A program made the translations under genes and the position numbers. This document shows positions 47,689 through 56,085 of a stretch of DNA of 64,000 nt, piece by piece (positions within the stretch are counted from its first letter, which is position 1; the number at the start of each line of letters is the position of its first letter). Below the pieces are notes generated by a model. It made no database searches, was not told the DNA's origin, and saw only the letters and a program-made list of their open reading frames with translations. The stretch is from Actinomycetes bacterium (GTDB lineage: Bacteria > Actinomycetota > Acidimicrobiia > Acidimicrobiales > Ilumatobacteraceae), in contig JANOSH010000001.1 in the NCBI GenBank assembly GCA_031415695.1, positions 43,988-107,987 on the forward strand, read 5' to 3'.

Positions 47689-49971
47689 ATGAGCGCTGAC
47701 ACATCTGGTCCAGCGGCGACCCCAACAGGTCTCCGCGTCATTCGTCCCTACCACTACGTTCTCGGCCTAGGGGCATTCGCCGCACTGTTTACGCTGGCCT
47801 CTGGAATCATCCCGCTTATCACCAAGTGGCACGACTCATCCACGGTGACACGAGAGATCTTCACCGGCATACCGGCCGCCTTCCAAGTGATGTTCTACGT
47901 CGTCGTTCCGGTACTGCTTGTGTACGCCTCGTGGGCTTTCGCCCAGCGAATCCGCAACTGGGAGCGTGGTGCACCCGACAACCGGGCCACAACCCCCAAG
48001 AACGCTAAACATCGGCTCGCCGACTTCCGAGCCGGTGTGTACATGAAGACCTTGCTGCGAGACCCGGCAGCAGGCGTCATGCACTCGTTCATCTACTTCG
48101 GGTTCCTTATCCTGCTTGGCGTCACAACGGTCAGCGAGATCGACCATCAAATGCCTGAAGGGTTGAAATTCCTGCACGGCGGCACGTACCAAGGTTTCGC
48201 GTTCATGGGTGACCTCGCCGGGCTCATCTTCACCGTCGGCATGATCTGGGCTCTTCTTCGTCGCTATGTACAGCGGCCTTACCGAATCCGCATCAAGTCC
48301 AAGCCCGAACATGTTGCCGCGTTAGCGGTCCTGCTCATCATCGGGTTGTCGGGGTTTGCTGCCGAGATGTTCCGGATTGCCCGGGCCATCGGTGATGGCG
48401 TCGACATGGATTTCGAACGGTGGGCGTTCATTGGATACCCGCTCGCTCGGCTACTCGATGGTGTTGGCACCAAGACACTTGAAGTGTTCCATCAGATCTT
48501 TTGGGTGTCGCACGTCGTTGCATTCTTCGTGTTCTTGATCATGTTGCCGATCACCATGTTGCGCCACATGGTCACATCGCCCGTCAACATGTACCTGCGC
48601 AATCGTGAGCGTCCGAAAGGCGCCATGCGGGCCATGCCTAACCTAGCCGAGACGTCTCTCGAAACGTTCGGCGCTTCGGTTGTCGACGATTTCACGTGGA
48701 AGCAATTGCTCGACCTCGACTCGTGCACGATGTGCGGACGTTGCACGGCGGTGTGCCCCGCACACGCCACTGGCAAACCGCTCGACCCTCGCGAAATCGT
48801 GCTGAAGTCTGGTGCAGTTATGGCTGCCTCGGGGGCGCATGGCCCGGTTTCGGCTCCCCTGTCCGAGGATCGCGAGATCACAATCTCGGCCAACTCGCTG
48901 TTCGAACGAATCACTGCCGAGGAAATCTGGTCGTGCACGACGTGCCGTGCTTGCGACGAGGCATGCCCGGTCCACATTGAAATCCTCGACAAAATCCTCG
49001 ACATGCGCCGCTATCTCGCGCTCATGGAAAGTGACTTCCCCAGCGAACTGGGCACCGCATACCGAGGCATGGAGAACCAGGGCAACCCGTGGGGAATGAG
49101 CCAGGGAGAGCGTGGCGATTGGGCCAAAGATCTCGACGTCACCATTCTCGATCCGGGCGAAGCCCTCAGCCACGAATACCTGTACTGGGTGGGGTGCGCC
49201 GGTAGCTTCGACGACAAGAACAAGAAGGTCACCCAAGCAATGGCCAAGCTGCTCAAACGAGCCGGCCTTGACGTGGCCATCTTGGGTCCGAGCGAAATGT
49301 GCACCGGTGATTCTGCTCGTCGTTCCGGCAACGAGTACCTGTTCCAGATGTTGGCAACTCCCAACATCGAGATGCTCAACGGAATGGGCGTCAAGAAAAT
49401 CATCACGCAATGCCCGCACTGCTTCAACACCTTGCAGAACGAATACCCACAGCTCGGCGGGAACTACGAAGTTATCCACCACAGCCAACTGCTCGATGAA
49501 CTGATCTCGTCGGGCAAACTCGATGTGAGCAATGCAACGTTGGAAGAGCGTGTCGTCTACCACGACAGCTGCTATCTCGGTCGTCACAACGACGTGTATC
49601 TCGCTCCTCGCCGGGTCATTGGTTCCCTCAAGGGAATCCAGGTTGTCGAGATGGGTCGCAACGGCACCAAGGGCATGTGCTGCGGGGCCGGTGGCGCGCG
49701 CATGTGGATGGAAGAATCCATCGGCACGAAGGTCAATGACGAACGGGCCCGCGAAGCAATCGCCACAGGTGCTAGCCGCGTCGCCACCGCATGCCCGTTC
49801 TGCTACATCATGCTCGACGACGGCGTAAAGGCCGCCGGCAACGACGACATCAAGGTCGCTGATCTTGCCATTCACGTCCTCGACGCCATCGAGGCGGGCG
49901 AGCTCGCCCGGGCCACAGCTAGCGCGCCCCTTTCCGACCAGTCGACTGGCACCCCTGTCGCTGGCGACTGA
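47689..49971 (+). CDS. Membrane-bound iron-sulfur reductase (NarI-like membrane domain + 2x[4Fe-4S] ferredoxin + CCG domains; HdrD/GlpC-like, cf. mycobacterial Rv0338c-type)
   Basis: N-terminal ~5 TM helices with conserved His residues. Ferredoxin motifs CTMCGRCTAVCP and CTTCRACDEACP. Cys-rich CCG-type regions (CPHCFNTL, MCCGAGG). Confidence 0.65.
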   Translation: MSADTSGPAATPTGLRVIRPYHYVLGLGAFAALFTLASGIIPLITKWHDSSTVTREIFTGIPAAFQVMFYVVVPVLLVYASWAFAQRIRNWERGAPDNRATTPKNAKHRLADFRAGVYMKTLLRDPAAGVMHSFIYFGFLILLGVTTVSEIDHQMPEGLKFLHGGTYQGFAFMGDLAGLIFTVGMIWALLRRYVQRPYRIRIKSKPEHVAALAVLLIIGLSGFAAEMFRIARAIGDGVDMDFERWAFIGYPLARLLDGVGTKTLEVFHQIFWVSHVVAFFVFLIMLPITMLRHMVTSPVNMYLRNRERPKGAMRAMPNLAETSLETFGASVVDDFTWKQLLDLDSCTMCGRCTAVCPAHATGKPLDPREIVLKSGAVMAASGAHGPVSAPLSEDREITISANSLFERITAEEIWSCTTCRACDEACPVHIEILDKILDMRRYLALMESDFPSELGTAYRGMENQGNPWGMSQGERGDWAKDLDVTILDPGEALSHEYLYWVGCAGSFDDKNKKVTQAMAKLLKRAGLDVAILGPSEMCTGDSARRSGNEYLFQMLATPNIEMLNGMGVKKIITQCPHCFNTLQNEYPQLGGNYEVIHHSQLLDELISSGKLDVSNATLEERVVYHDSCYLGRHNDVYLAPRRVIGSLKGIQVVEMGRNGTKGMCCGAGGARMWMEESIGTKVNDERAREAIATGASRVATACPFCYIMLDDGVKAAGNDDIKVADLAIHVLDAIEAGELARATASAPLSDQSTGTPVAGD

Positions 49972-49990
49972 CCCGAAAGCCACCTGACCC

Positions 49991-52894
49991 GTGCTCCACG
50001 CGGCTTGGCGCGATGGGCTTGTGGTCTTTGGTTATCGCGGCCGAATTCTCGACAGCAAGTCGGTGGCGTCGTTCGCATCAACCCTCTTTGTCGGTGCGAA
50101 GCGCTCGACCACCTTTCCGGTAACGCTGTATCCGCCCGGACGGGTCGGGTCCTTTACTGTCGAGGCCCTGACCATTCCGGTTGCTGACGCGGCCGAAGCA
50201 TTCCTGCTGCGCGATTGGGTGCCGTGGCGAAGCCTCAGCCCATCACTCGCGTGGTTTGCGCGAGTTGCCGCGTTGGCACGTGACGTAACAACAGCTGGGC
50301 TCGTTGTGCCAGCTGCCGACAATTCCGGGGTCTTTTGGTGGCAGCCCATAGCAACCGATGTTGTTGCCCGAGAGCTAGTGGCACTCACCGAGTCGATGCC
50401 CGAAGTGGTCATGACGCTCACCGTCGGACAGGCACCGTGGCAGATCACGCATTCAGCCGTGTGTGCGTTCACCACCGACGCTGTACACGTGGCGTTGTAC
50501 GACGCCCCGCTGCCCGATCCCGCGCCCGGCCAACGCAAGCCGATCGAGAAAGCAGCCCGCCGAATCATCACGAGTTTGGCCACGGGCGAACAGACCGGCT
50601 CGTCGGCTGGGCCAGCCGACCGTGCCGCCGGCGAACGATGGGCGGTTGCGCTGCAACGTTGGGCATCACCGGTAACGGGACGATCGCCATTAGCCGATCT
50701 TGAAACCACGGTACGCCTTGTTCCACCTGACGACGTCGAGACCGATATCGACGACTTCGACGAGGTTCCGTGGGTCATCGAGATTTCGGTCGCGCCGCGC
50801 AACGACCCGAGTCTGGTGGTCAACATTGGTGATTTGTGGGCTGGTACCGGGCGCCAACGTCTGCTGCTCGATCAAGAAGCCGCCGAGACATTGGCGCGCC
50901 TAGTCGCGGTTCGTATTTGCCGAGTCGCTCCGACGCTGACGCCGCAGCTCAACGGTGAGCGACCCTCGCATGCTGCGCTCGATATCGACGGTGTCATGGC
51001 GTTCATGGCCATCGATGCCCCTGCTCTTAAGAAGGCCGGCATTCGGGTGCTCGTGCCGGGGTGGTGGGGCACCTCATCGACCGCAAGCGTGCTCGGGCAG
51101 GCCCGGCCCGCAACGGAGGCGCCGATCGTGCCGGGCGGGTTGGATCTGGCATCGGTTGTGGCGATCGACTGGCATGTCGCTCTCGACGGTGAGCCGTTGA
51201 CCGCAAGCGAACTGCGGCGGTTGTCGCTCGCCAAACACGACTTGGTTCACCTTCGCGGTAAATGGGTTGCCTTCAACCCGGACCAGGTGCAACAGGTTCT
51301 CGCCGCCGTTGGCCGACGCCGCACCGAGCAGGCAGTCGTCAGCGCTGTTGGCGTTTTGCAGGCCGCGTCGGAGGTGGCCGTCGTTGGTCAGGACTGGATC
51401 GCCGAACTTCTCAACGGCCTGCCCGACGAGCGTCTCACCCCACTTGCCGACCCACCCGGCTTCACCGGTCAACTACGGCCGTATCAAAACCGTGGGCTTG
51501 GCTGGTTGGCGTTCCTCGACCGGCTGCACCTAGGCGGTTGTCTCGCCGACGACATGGGCCTCGGCAAGACGGCACAACTTCTTGCGTTGATGTTGCACGA
51601 ACGAGCGACCCAAACTGTCGGGCCGACGCTTGTGGTCTGCCCGCTATCGGTCGTAAGAAACTGGGAGACCGAATCCGAACGATTCGCGCCCCAGTTGCGG
51701 GTGGTGGTTCACCATGGCGCAGGCCGACAACGCGCCGAGGACTTCGCCGAGCAGATCGAAGGCGCCGACTTGGTGATCACGACCTACGCGCTAGCAGCAC
51801 GAGACGTTGACACCCTGTCCAAAACGGCGTGGCGTCGACTGGTGGCCGACGAAGCCCAGCAGGTGAAGAACCCGGTGACCGCTGCGGCTAAGGCGTTGCG
51901 ACGCATTCCCGCTCGCACAAAACTTGCGCTCACCGGAACCCCCGTCGAGAACCGTTTGTCGGAGCTATGGGCAATTTGTGACCTGGTCAATCCAGGCCTA
52001 CTCGGTACCGCATCGTCGTTTCGGCACCGGTTCGCTATTCCAATCGAACGTCACCGCGACGCCGACATCACGAGTCAACTTCGAGCGTTGGTTCAGCCGT
52101 TCCTTTTGCGTCGCTCGAAATCCGACCCGACCCTGGTGCCGGAACTGCCGCCCAAGGTGGAACAGGTGGCGTGGGCGCAGCTCACTCGTGAGCAGGCCGG
52201 GTTGTATCAATCGGTGGTGGATGTTCTGCTCGCTCGACTCGACAAGCTCGATGGTGGTAGCCAGATCGACCGGCGCGGCGCAATCCTGGCCGCACTTACC
52301 CGGCTCAAGCAGATCTGCAATCACCCGGTGCACTACCTCGGCGACGGCGGGAGGCTCGACGGACGCTCGGGCAAACTTGCTCGCTTCGACGAGTTGATCG
52401 ACGATGCCTTGGAAGCCGACGAACGGGTACTGGTCTTTACGCAGTATCGGGAGATGGGCCTGTTGCTGCAACGCAGTATTTCGGACCGACTCGACATCGC
52501 CGCACCCTTCCTGCATGGTGGCGTATCGAAGGCTCGACGCGATCAGATGGTCGACAGATTCCAGTCGCACGAAGCCGGGCCCATTTTGCTGGTAAGCCTC
52601 AAAGCTGGTGGAAGTGGCCTCAACCTCACTGCCGCCAGCCATGTCATTCACTACGACCGATGGTGGAACCCCGCTGTCGAAAATCAGGCCAGCGACCGGG
52701 CCTGGCGCATTGGTCAGAAGCGTTCGGTTCTCGTGAGCAAACTCGTGTGCCAAGGCACTGTCGAGGAACGAATCGACGCGCTTATCGCGGGTAAGCGCGA
52801 CCTGGCCGATCGGGTCGTCGGTGCCGACGAAGCATTCCTCACCGAGCTGTCGACCGAAGAAATTCGCGATCTCATTCGACTGCGCGACCGATGA
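49991..52894 (+). CDS. helZ: SNF2/RapA-family helicase with ~480-aa N-terminal domain of unknown function
   Basis: SNF2 motifs LRPYQNRGLGWL, DDMGLGKT (motif I), DEAQ..N, and the C-terminal helicase domain (LVSLKAGGSGLNLTAASHVIHYDRWWNPAVENQASDRAWRIGQ). The pairing with a downstream SWIM gene matches the mycobacterial helZ arrangement. Confidence 0.8.
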   Translation: MLHAAWRDGLVVFGYRGRILDSKSVASFASTLFVGAKRSTTFPVTLYPPGRVGSFTVEALTIPVADAAEAFLLRDWVPWRSLSPSLAWFARVAALARDVTTAGLVVPAADNSGVFWWQPIATDVVARELVALTESMPEVVMTLTVGQAPWQITHSAVCAFTTDAVHVALYDAPLPDPAPGQRKPIEKAARRIITSLATGEQTGSSAGPADRAAGERWAVALQRWASPVTGRSPLADLETTVRLVPPDDVETDIDDFDEVPWVIEISVAPRNDPSLVVNIGDLWAGTGRQRLLLDQEAAETLARLVAVRICRVAPTLTPQLNGERPSHAALDIDGVMAFMAIDAPALKKAGIRVLVPGWWGTSSTASVLGQARPATEAPIVPGGLDLASVVAIDWHVALDGEPLTASELRRLSLAKHDLVHLRGKWVAFNPDQVQQVLAAVGRRRTEQAVVSAVGVLQAASEVAVVGQDWIAELLNGLPDERLTPLADPPGFTGQLRPYQNRGLGWLAFLDRLHLGGCLADDMGLGKTAQLLALMLHERATQTVGPTLVVCPLSVVRNWETESERFAPQLRVVVHHGAGRQRAEDFAEQIEGADLVITTYALAARDVDTLSKTAWRRLVADEAQQVKNPVTAAAKALRRIPARTKLALTGTPVENRLSELWAICDLVNPGLLGTASSFRHRFAIPIERHRDADITSQLRALVQPFLLRRSKSDPTLVPELPPKVEQVAWAQLTREQAGLYQSVVDVLLARLDKLDGGSQIDRRGAILAALTRLKQICNHPVHYLGDGGRLDGRSGKLARFDELIDDALEADERVLVFTQYREMGLLLQRSISDRLDIAAPFLHGGVSKARRDQMVDRFQSHEAGPILLVSLKAGGSGLNLTAASHVIHYDRWWNPAVENQASDRAWRIGQKRSVLVSKLVCQGTVEERIDALIAGKRDLADRVVGADEAFLTELSTEEIRDLIRLRDR

Positions 52895-53490
52895 AACCGC
52901 CGGGCCCGGTTACACAACACGTCGGACGCTTGTTGGCGCAACGAGCCGACAGCTTGCGCCTCGTCAAGGGCTACGAGTTGTGGGACGACTCGTGCGTGCG
53001 GGATCTTGTCGTCACGACGGGCGGTATTAATGCCGTCGTACTTGGATCGCGTCCTTCGCCATATGAAGTCACCATCAACTGGGCCGATTCCGATTGGCCC
53101 GACGATGCCCGAGACCTTCGATTTCGGTGCGACTGTCCCGATTGGGGCGACCCCTGCAAGCACGCAATCGCCGTGGCGTTGGCCGCCGCGTCACAAGCTG
53201 ACAGCGACGACAGGGACGTTGACGACGTTGATTTCAGCCGGGCGGCGCGGCCCGAACCGACGCCCTTGCCCATTGTCGATGATCGACAATCTTGGGCCGA
53301 ACACCTCGCGGCACCGAACCGGGCCACATCGCTCGATCACTGGCTTGGCGATACCCCTGAACCGCGTCGGCGAATCAATGTGGACGGCGACCCCCTTGAG
53401 CACTACGTTGGCCTCGGCCCTCTGGTAGTCGATGGAGTCGACCTGGCACCAGCAATCCAGTTGTTGATCTTTCGGCTTATTGAGAGTTAG
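52891..53490 (+). CDS. SWIM zinc-finger protein (SNF2-helicase partner)
   Basis: SWIM motif CxCx(n)CxH, RFRCDCPDWGDPCKHAIAVAL. There is an ATGA overlap with the helicase stop. Confidence 0.8.
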   Translation: MKPPGPVTQHVGRLLAQRADSLRLVKGYELWDDSCVRDLVVTTGGINAVVLGSRPSPYEVTINWADSDWPDDARDLRFRCDCPDWGDPCKHAIAVALAAASQADSDDRDVDDVDFSRAARPEPTPLPIVDDRQSWAEHLAAPNRATSLDHWLGDTPEPRRRINVDGDPLEHYVGLGPLVVDGVDLAPAIQLLIFRLIES

Positions 53491-53511
53491 CGCGCTACGA
53501 AAGGAAACGCA

Positions 53512-55155
53512 ATGACCGCCTTTCCCCCACCAGGTCCAGGGCATTGGGCACTCGACCGGTCGCACTATCCGGGTGGAACCACCCGGTTGTCCAAGCAACT
53601 CATGACCGCTGGAATGGACGCCGGCATGAAGACCGTTTTGGCCGAACTTGGTATGCCAGCGCAGACCTTGCGGGCGGCCTTTGTCAACGGGTTCATGTAC
53701 ACGCGCCTTGTGCCACTCATTGCACCTGATAAGCCCGCGACCAGGTTGCCTCCACTTTGGGTGCTCAAAATGGCGACACGTCTACATCCGGAATTTCGCC
53801 GGCGAAACAGGTCGGCAGTTCGCAACCTCGCCCAGCCGCCCGCGCCCGCCGTCGTGGCCCGCTGGTCTACCGAGCTGAAACCTCGCTTGGTCGCAACGAA
53901 CCGGGCGTTCCAGGCGACTGATCCGGCCGAAATGACCGACGTCGCGTTGGGTGACCATGCCGATGCCCTGGTGTCGCATCTCGCCGAGATGGCCGAGCTG
54001 CACTTCTGGTTACACGGGTACGACCTCGGGCCTATCGCAATCTTTGTCTCCACCGTTCAGGGCTGGGGTATTGAACCGGCGGAGGCTGTGGCGGCCTTGG
54101 CCGGAGCCTCACCATCGACAACCGAACCAAGAAAACTCCTGGTCGCGATCCGTGAGGAACTCACCTCCAACGCCAACGTGCCGACCTCGCTCGACGACGT
54201 ACGGCAATCGTCCCCACGTGCTGCCGCATTACTCGACGAGTACCTGGCCGATCGCCGCCATCTACTGGTGACCCGATACGACATCGACGGACTCACGCTG
54301 GGAGAACTACCCGAGGTGGTACTCACCAGCATCCTCACCGCCGAACCACCAGCCCCTGACACAAGCAGCCAGACCGCCGCCCAACTGCGTGACCGACTGC
54401 CCGGCCAGCACCAAGCCGAATTCGATCAGCTGCTCGACATGGCGCGTTCGGTCATGGACATGCGAGACGACAACGGCCCCATAACGTTCCAATGGCCTGC
54501 TGGGCTGCTTCGGCGTGCCCTTCTCGAAATCGGACGCCGTCTCGTGAGCGCTGGCCGGGCACGTTCCGTCGAACATGTCTTCGAACTCGATGCCAGCGAG
54601 ATCGCCCCGCTGCTCAATGGTTCATCGCACCCAACGGCCGACGCACTGGCCGCCCGCGCCGCCGAACGACATGCTGAAGCGCTGCTGGACCCGCCGCCAA
54701 CCCTTGGACCGCTAGAACCCCAACCGCCGCTGAGCGTCCTACCTGCCGCATTGCAAACCCTCGTACAGGCGGTTGAGGTAGCCCTTGTGCAGATGGGCAT
54801 GAGTGGCACCTTGGCCGAGGATCCCCTCGCAGGCACCGGCATCGGCGCAACGCCGTATCGGGGCCGGGTATGTCGAGCCGATAGCCCCGAGGCCGCCATC
54901 GATGCCATGGAACCGGGCGATGTACTGGTGATACGAGCCACGTCGCCGGCGTTCAATGTGATCTTGTCGATCGCTGGTGCCGTCGTTACGGCCGATGGTG
55001 GGCCGCTGTCACACGCTGCGGTGCTCGCTCGCGAGTTGGGAATTCCCGCTGTTGTTGGAGCACGCGGAGCGCTGGGGCTGACCAACGGCGCGATGGTGGA
55101 AGTTGACCCCGTACGCGGAACGGTGCGCCTGCTTCAAGACCAGGCACACCGTTGA
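53512..55155 (+). CDS. PEP-utilising-enzyme mobile (phosphohistidine swivel) domain protein with unknown N-terminal region
   Basis: The C-terminal ~90 aa match the PEP-utilizers mobile domain (GGPLSHAAVLARELGIPAVVG). There is no recognisable ATP-grasp or PEP-binding TIM domain in the N-terminal ~430 aa. Confidence 0.6.
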   Translation: MTAFPPPGPGHWALDRSHYPGGTTRLSKQLMTAGMDAGMKTVLAELGMPAQTLRAAFVNGFMYTRLVPLIAPDKPATRLPPLWVLKMATRLHPEFRRRNRSAVRNLAQPPAPAVVARWSTELKPRLVATNRAFQATDPAEMTDVALGDHADALVSHLAEMAELHFWLHGYDLGPIAIFVSTVQGWGIEPAEAVAALAGASPSTTEPRKLLVAIREELTSNANVPTSLDDVRQSSPRAAALLDEYLADRRHLLVTRYDIDGLTLGELPEVVLTSILTAEPPAPDTSSQTAAQLRDRLPGQHQAEFDQLLDMARSVMDMRDDNGPITFQWPAGLLRRALLEIGRRLVSAGRARSVEHVFELDASEIAPLLNGSSHPTADALAARAAERHAEALLDPPPTLGPLEPQPPLSVLPAALQTLVQAVEVALVQMGMSGTLAEDPLAGTGIGATPYRGRVCRADSPEAAIDAMEPGDVLVIRATSPAFNVILSIAGAVVTADGGPLSHAAVLARELGIPAVVGARGALGLTNGAMVEVDPVRGTVRLLQDQAHR

Positions 55156-55213
55156 CACGCCACAGATCACAACCACTTACGGTGGCAACTATCGGTCACT
55201 CAACGTGGGGACT

Positions 55214-55777
55214 TTAGAGAAAGTTCTGAAAATATCTGCTTGGGGTGGGCCCCCGTTGACCTTGATACTTCGATCCGTTCACACCAGATCCGTACGGGTT
55301 CTCGGCTGGGGTGGTCATGGTGAGGAAGCTGATCTGACCAATCTTCATGCCGGGGTACAACGTGATGGGAAGGTTGGCGACATTCGCCAGTTCCAAGGTG
55401 ACATGGCCATCGAACCCGGCATCGATGAACCCCGCCGTCGAGTGAATGAGCAGACCAAGGCGGCCCAGGCTGCTCTTGCCTTCGATGCGGGCGACTAGAT
55501 CGTTGGGAACGCCGACTCGTTCGAGGGTGGAGCCGAGCACGAACTCGCCCGGGTGCAACATGAAGACTCCGTCGGCGGCTACCTCGACCAGTTCGGTGAG
55601 ATCGCGCATATCACGCTTGACGTCGATAACACCGGCGGTGTGGTTTCGAAAGACCCGGAACAAATGATCGAGCTTGATGTCGACCGACGACGGTTGCACA
55701 CATGCTGGGTCATACGGCTCAAGCACAATCCGACCGGCGGCAACCTGTTCGCGAATTGTTCGATCAGACAGAATCAT
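55214..55777 (-). CDS. dcd: dCTP deaminase (actinobacterial bifunctional dCTP deaminase/dUTPase type)
   Basis: [11 protein letters not shown]-terminus, Dcd motifs ([18 protein letters not shown]) and a C-terminal extension. Confidence 0.9.
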   Translation of the reverse strand: MILSDRTIREQVAAGRIVLEPYDPACVQPSSVDIKLDHLFRVFRNHTAGVIDVKRDMRDLTELVEVAADGVFMLHPGEFVLGSTLERVGVPNDLVARIEGKSSLGRLGLLIHSTAGFIDAGFDGHVTLELANVANLPITLYPGMKIGQISFLTMTTPAENPYGSGVNGSKYQGQRGPTPSRYFQNFL

Positions 55778-55845
55778 CGTCCGGAACCTTACCGGCTGGT
55801 TCTCGCCGACGTCGCCGAGCCGCGCTAGCCTGACGGAGTGATTCT

Positions 55846-55919
55846 GCGGGTGTAGTTCAGAGGCAGAACATCAGCTTCCCAAGCTGAGAACGCGGGTTCG
55901 ATTCCCGTCACCCGCTCCA
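55846..55919 (+). tRNA. tRNA-Gly (anticodon CCC)
   Basis: Manual cloverleaf: acceptor GCGGGTG/CACCCGC, D-arm GTTC-AGAGGCA-GAAC, anticodon stem TCAGC/GCTGA with loop TTCCCAA (anticodon CCC), T-arm GCGGG-TTCGATT-CCCGT, and a 3' CCA encoded. Confidence 0.85.
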
Positions 55920-56085
55920 GCACGTTTAGCCTGGTCAGACGCCGCAACAGTACCGCCCAGAGCAGGGACGGCCTGCCTACAAGGCTTCGGGGCCTGCGGC
56001 CTCTGTGCCCACCTCATCGGGCCACGGACGGCGCGATTGACAGCTACAGTCCCTTCCGGCAGCGCGCTATCGGAGGTCTAATCGT

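Noticed and set aside
48643-49983. 446-aa minus-strand ORF antisense to the Fe-S reductase
   Set aside because: The sense strand has ferredoxin CxxCxxCxxxCP motifs and a CCG region. The antisense ORF has no motif.
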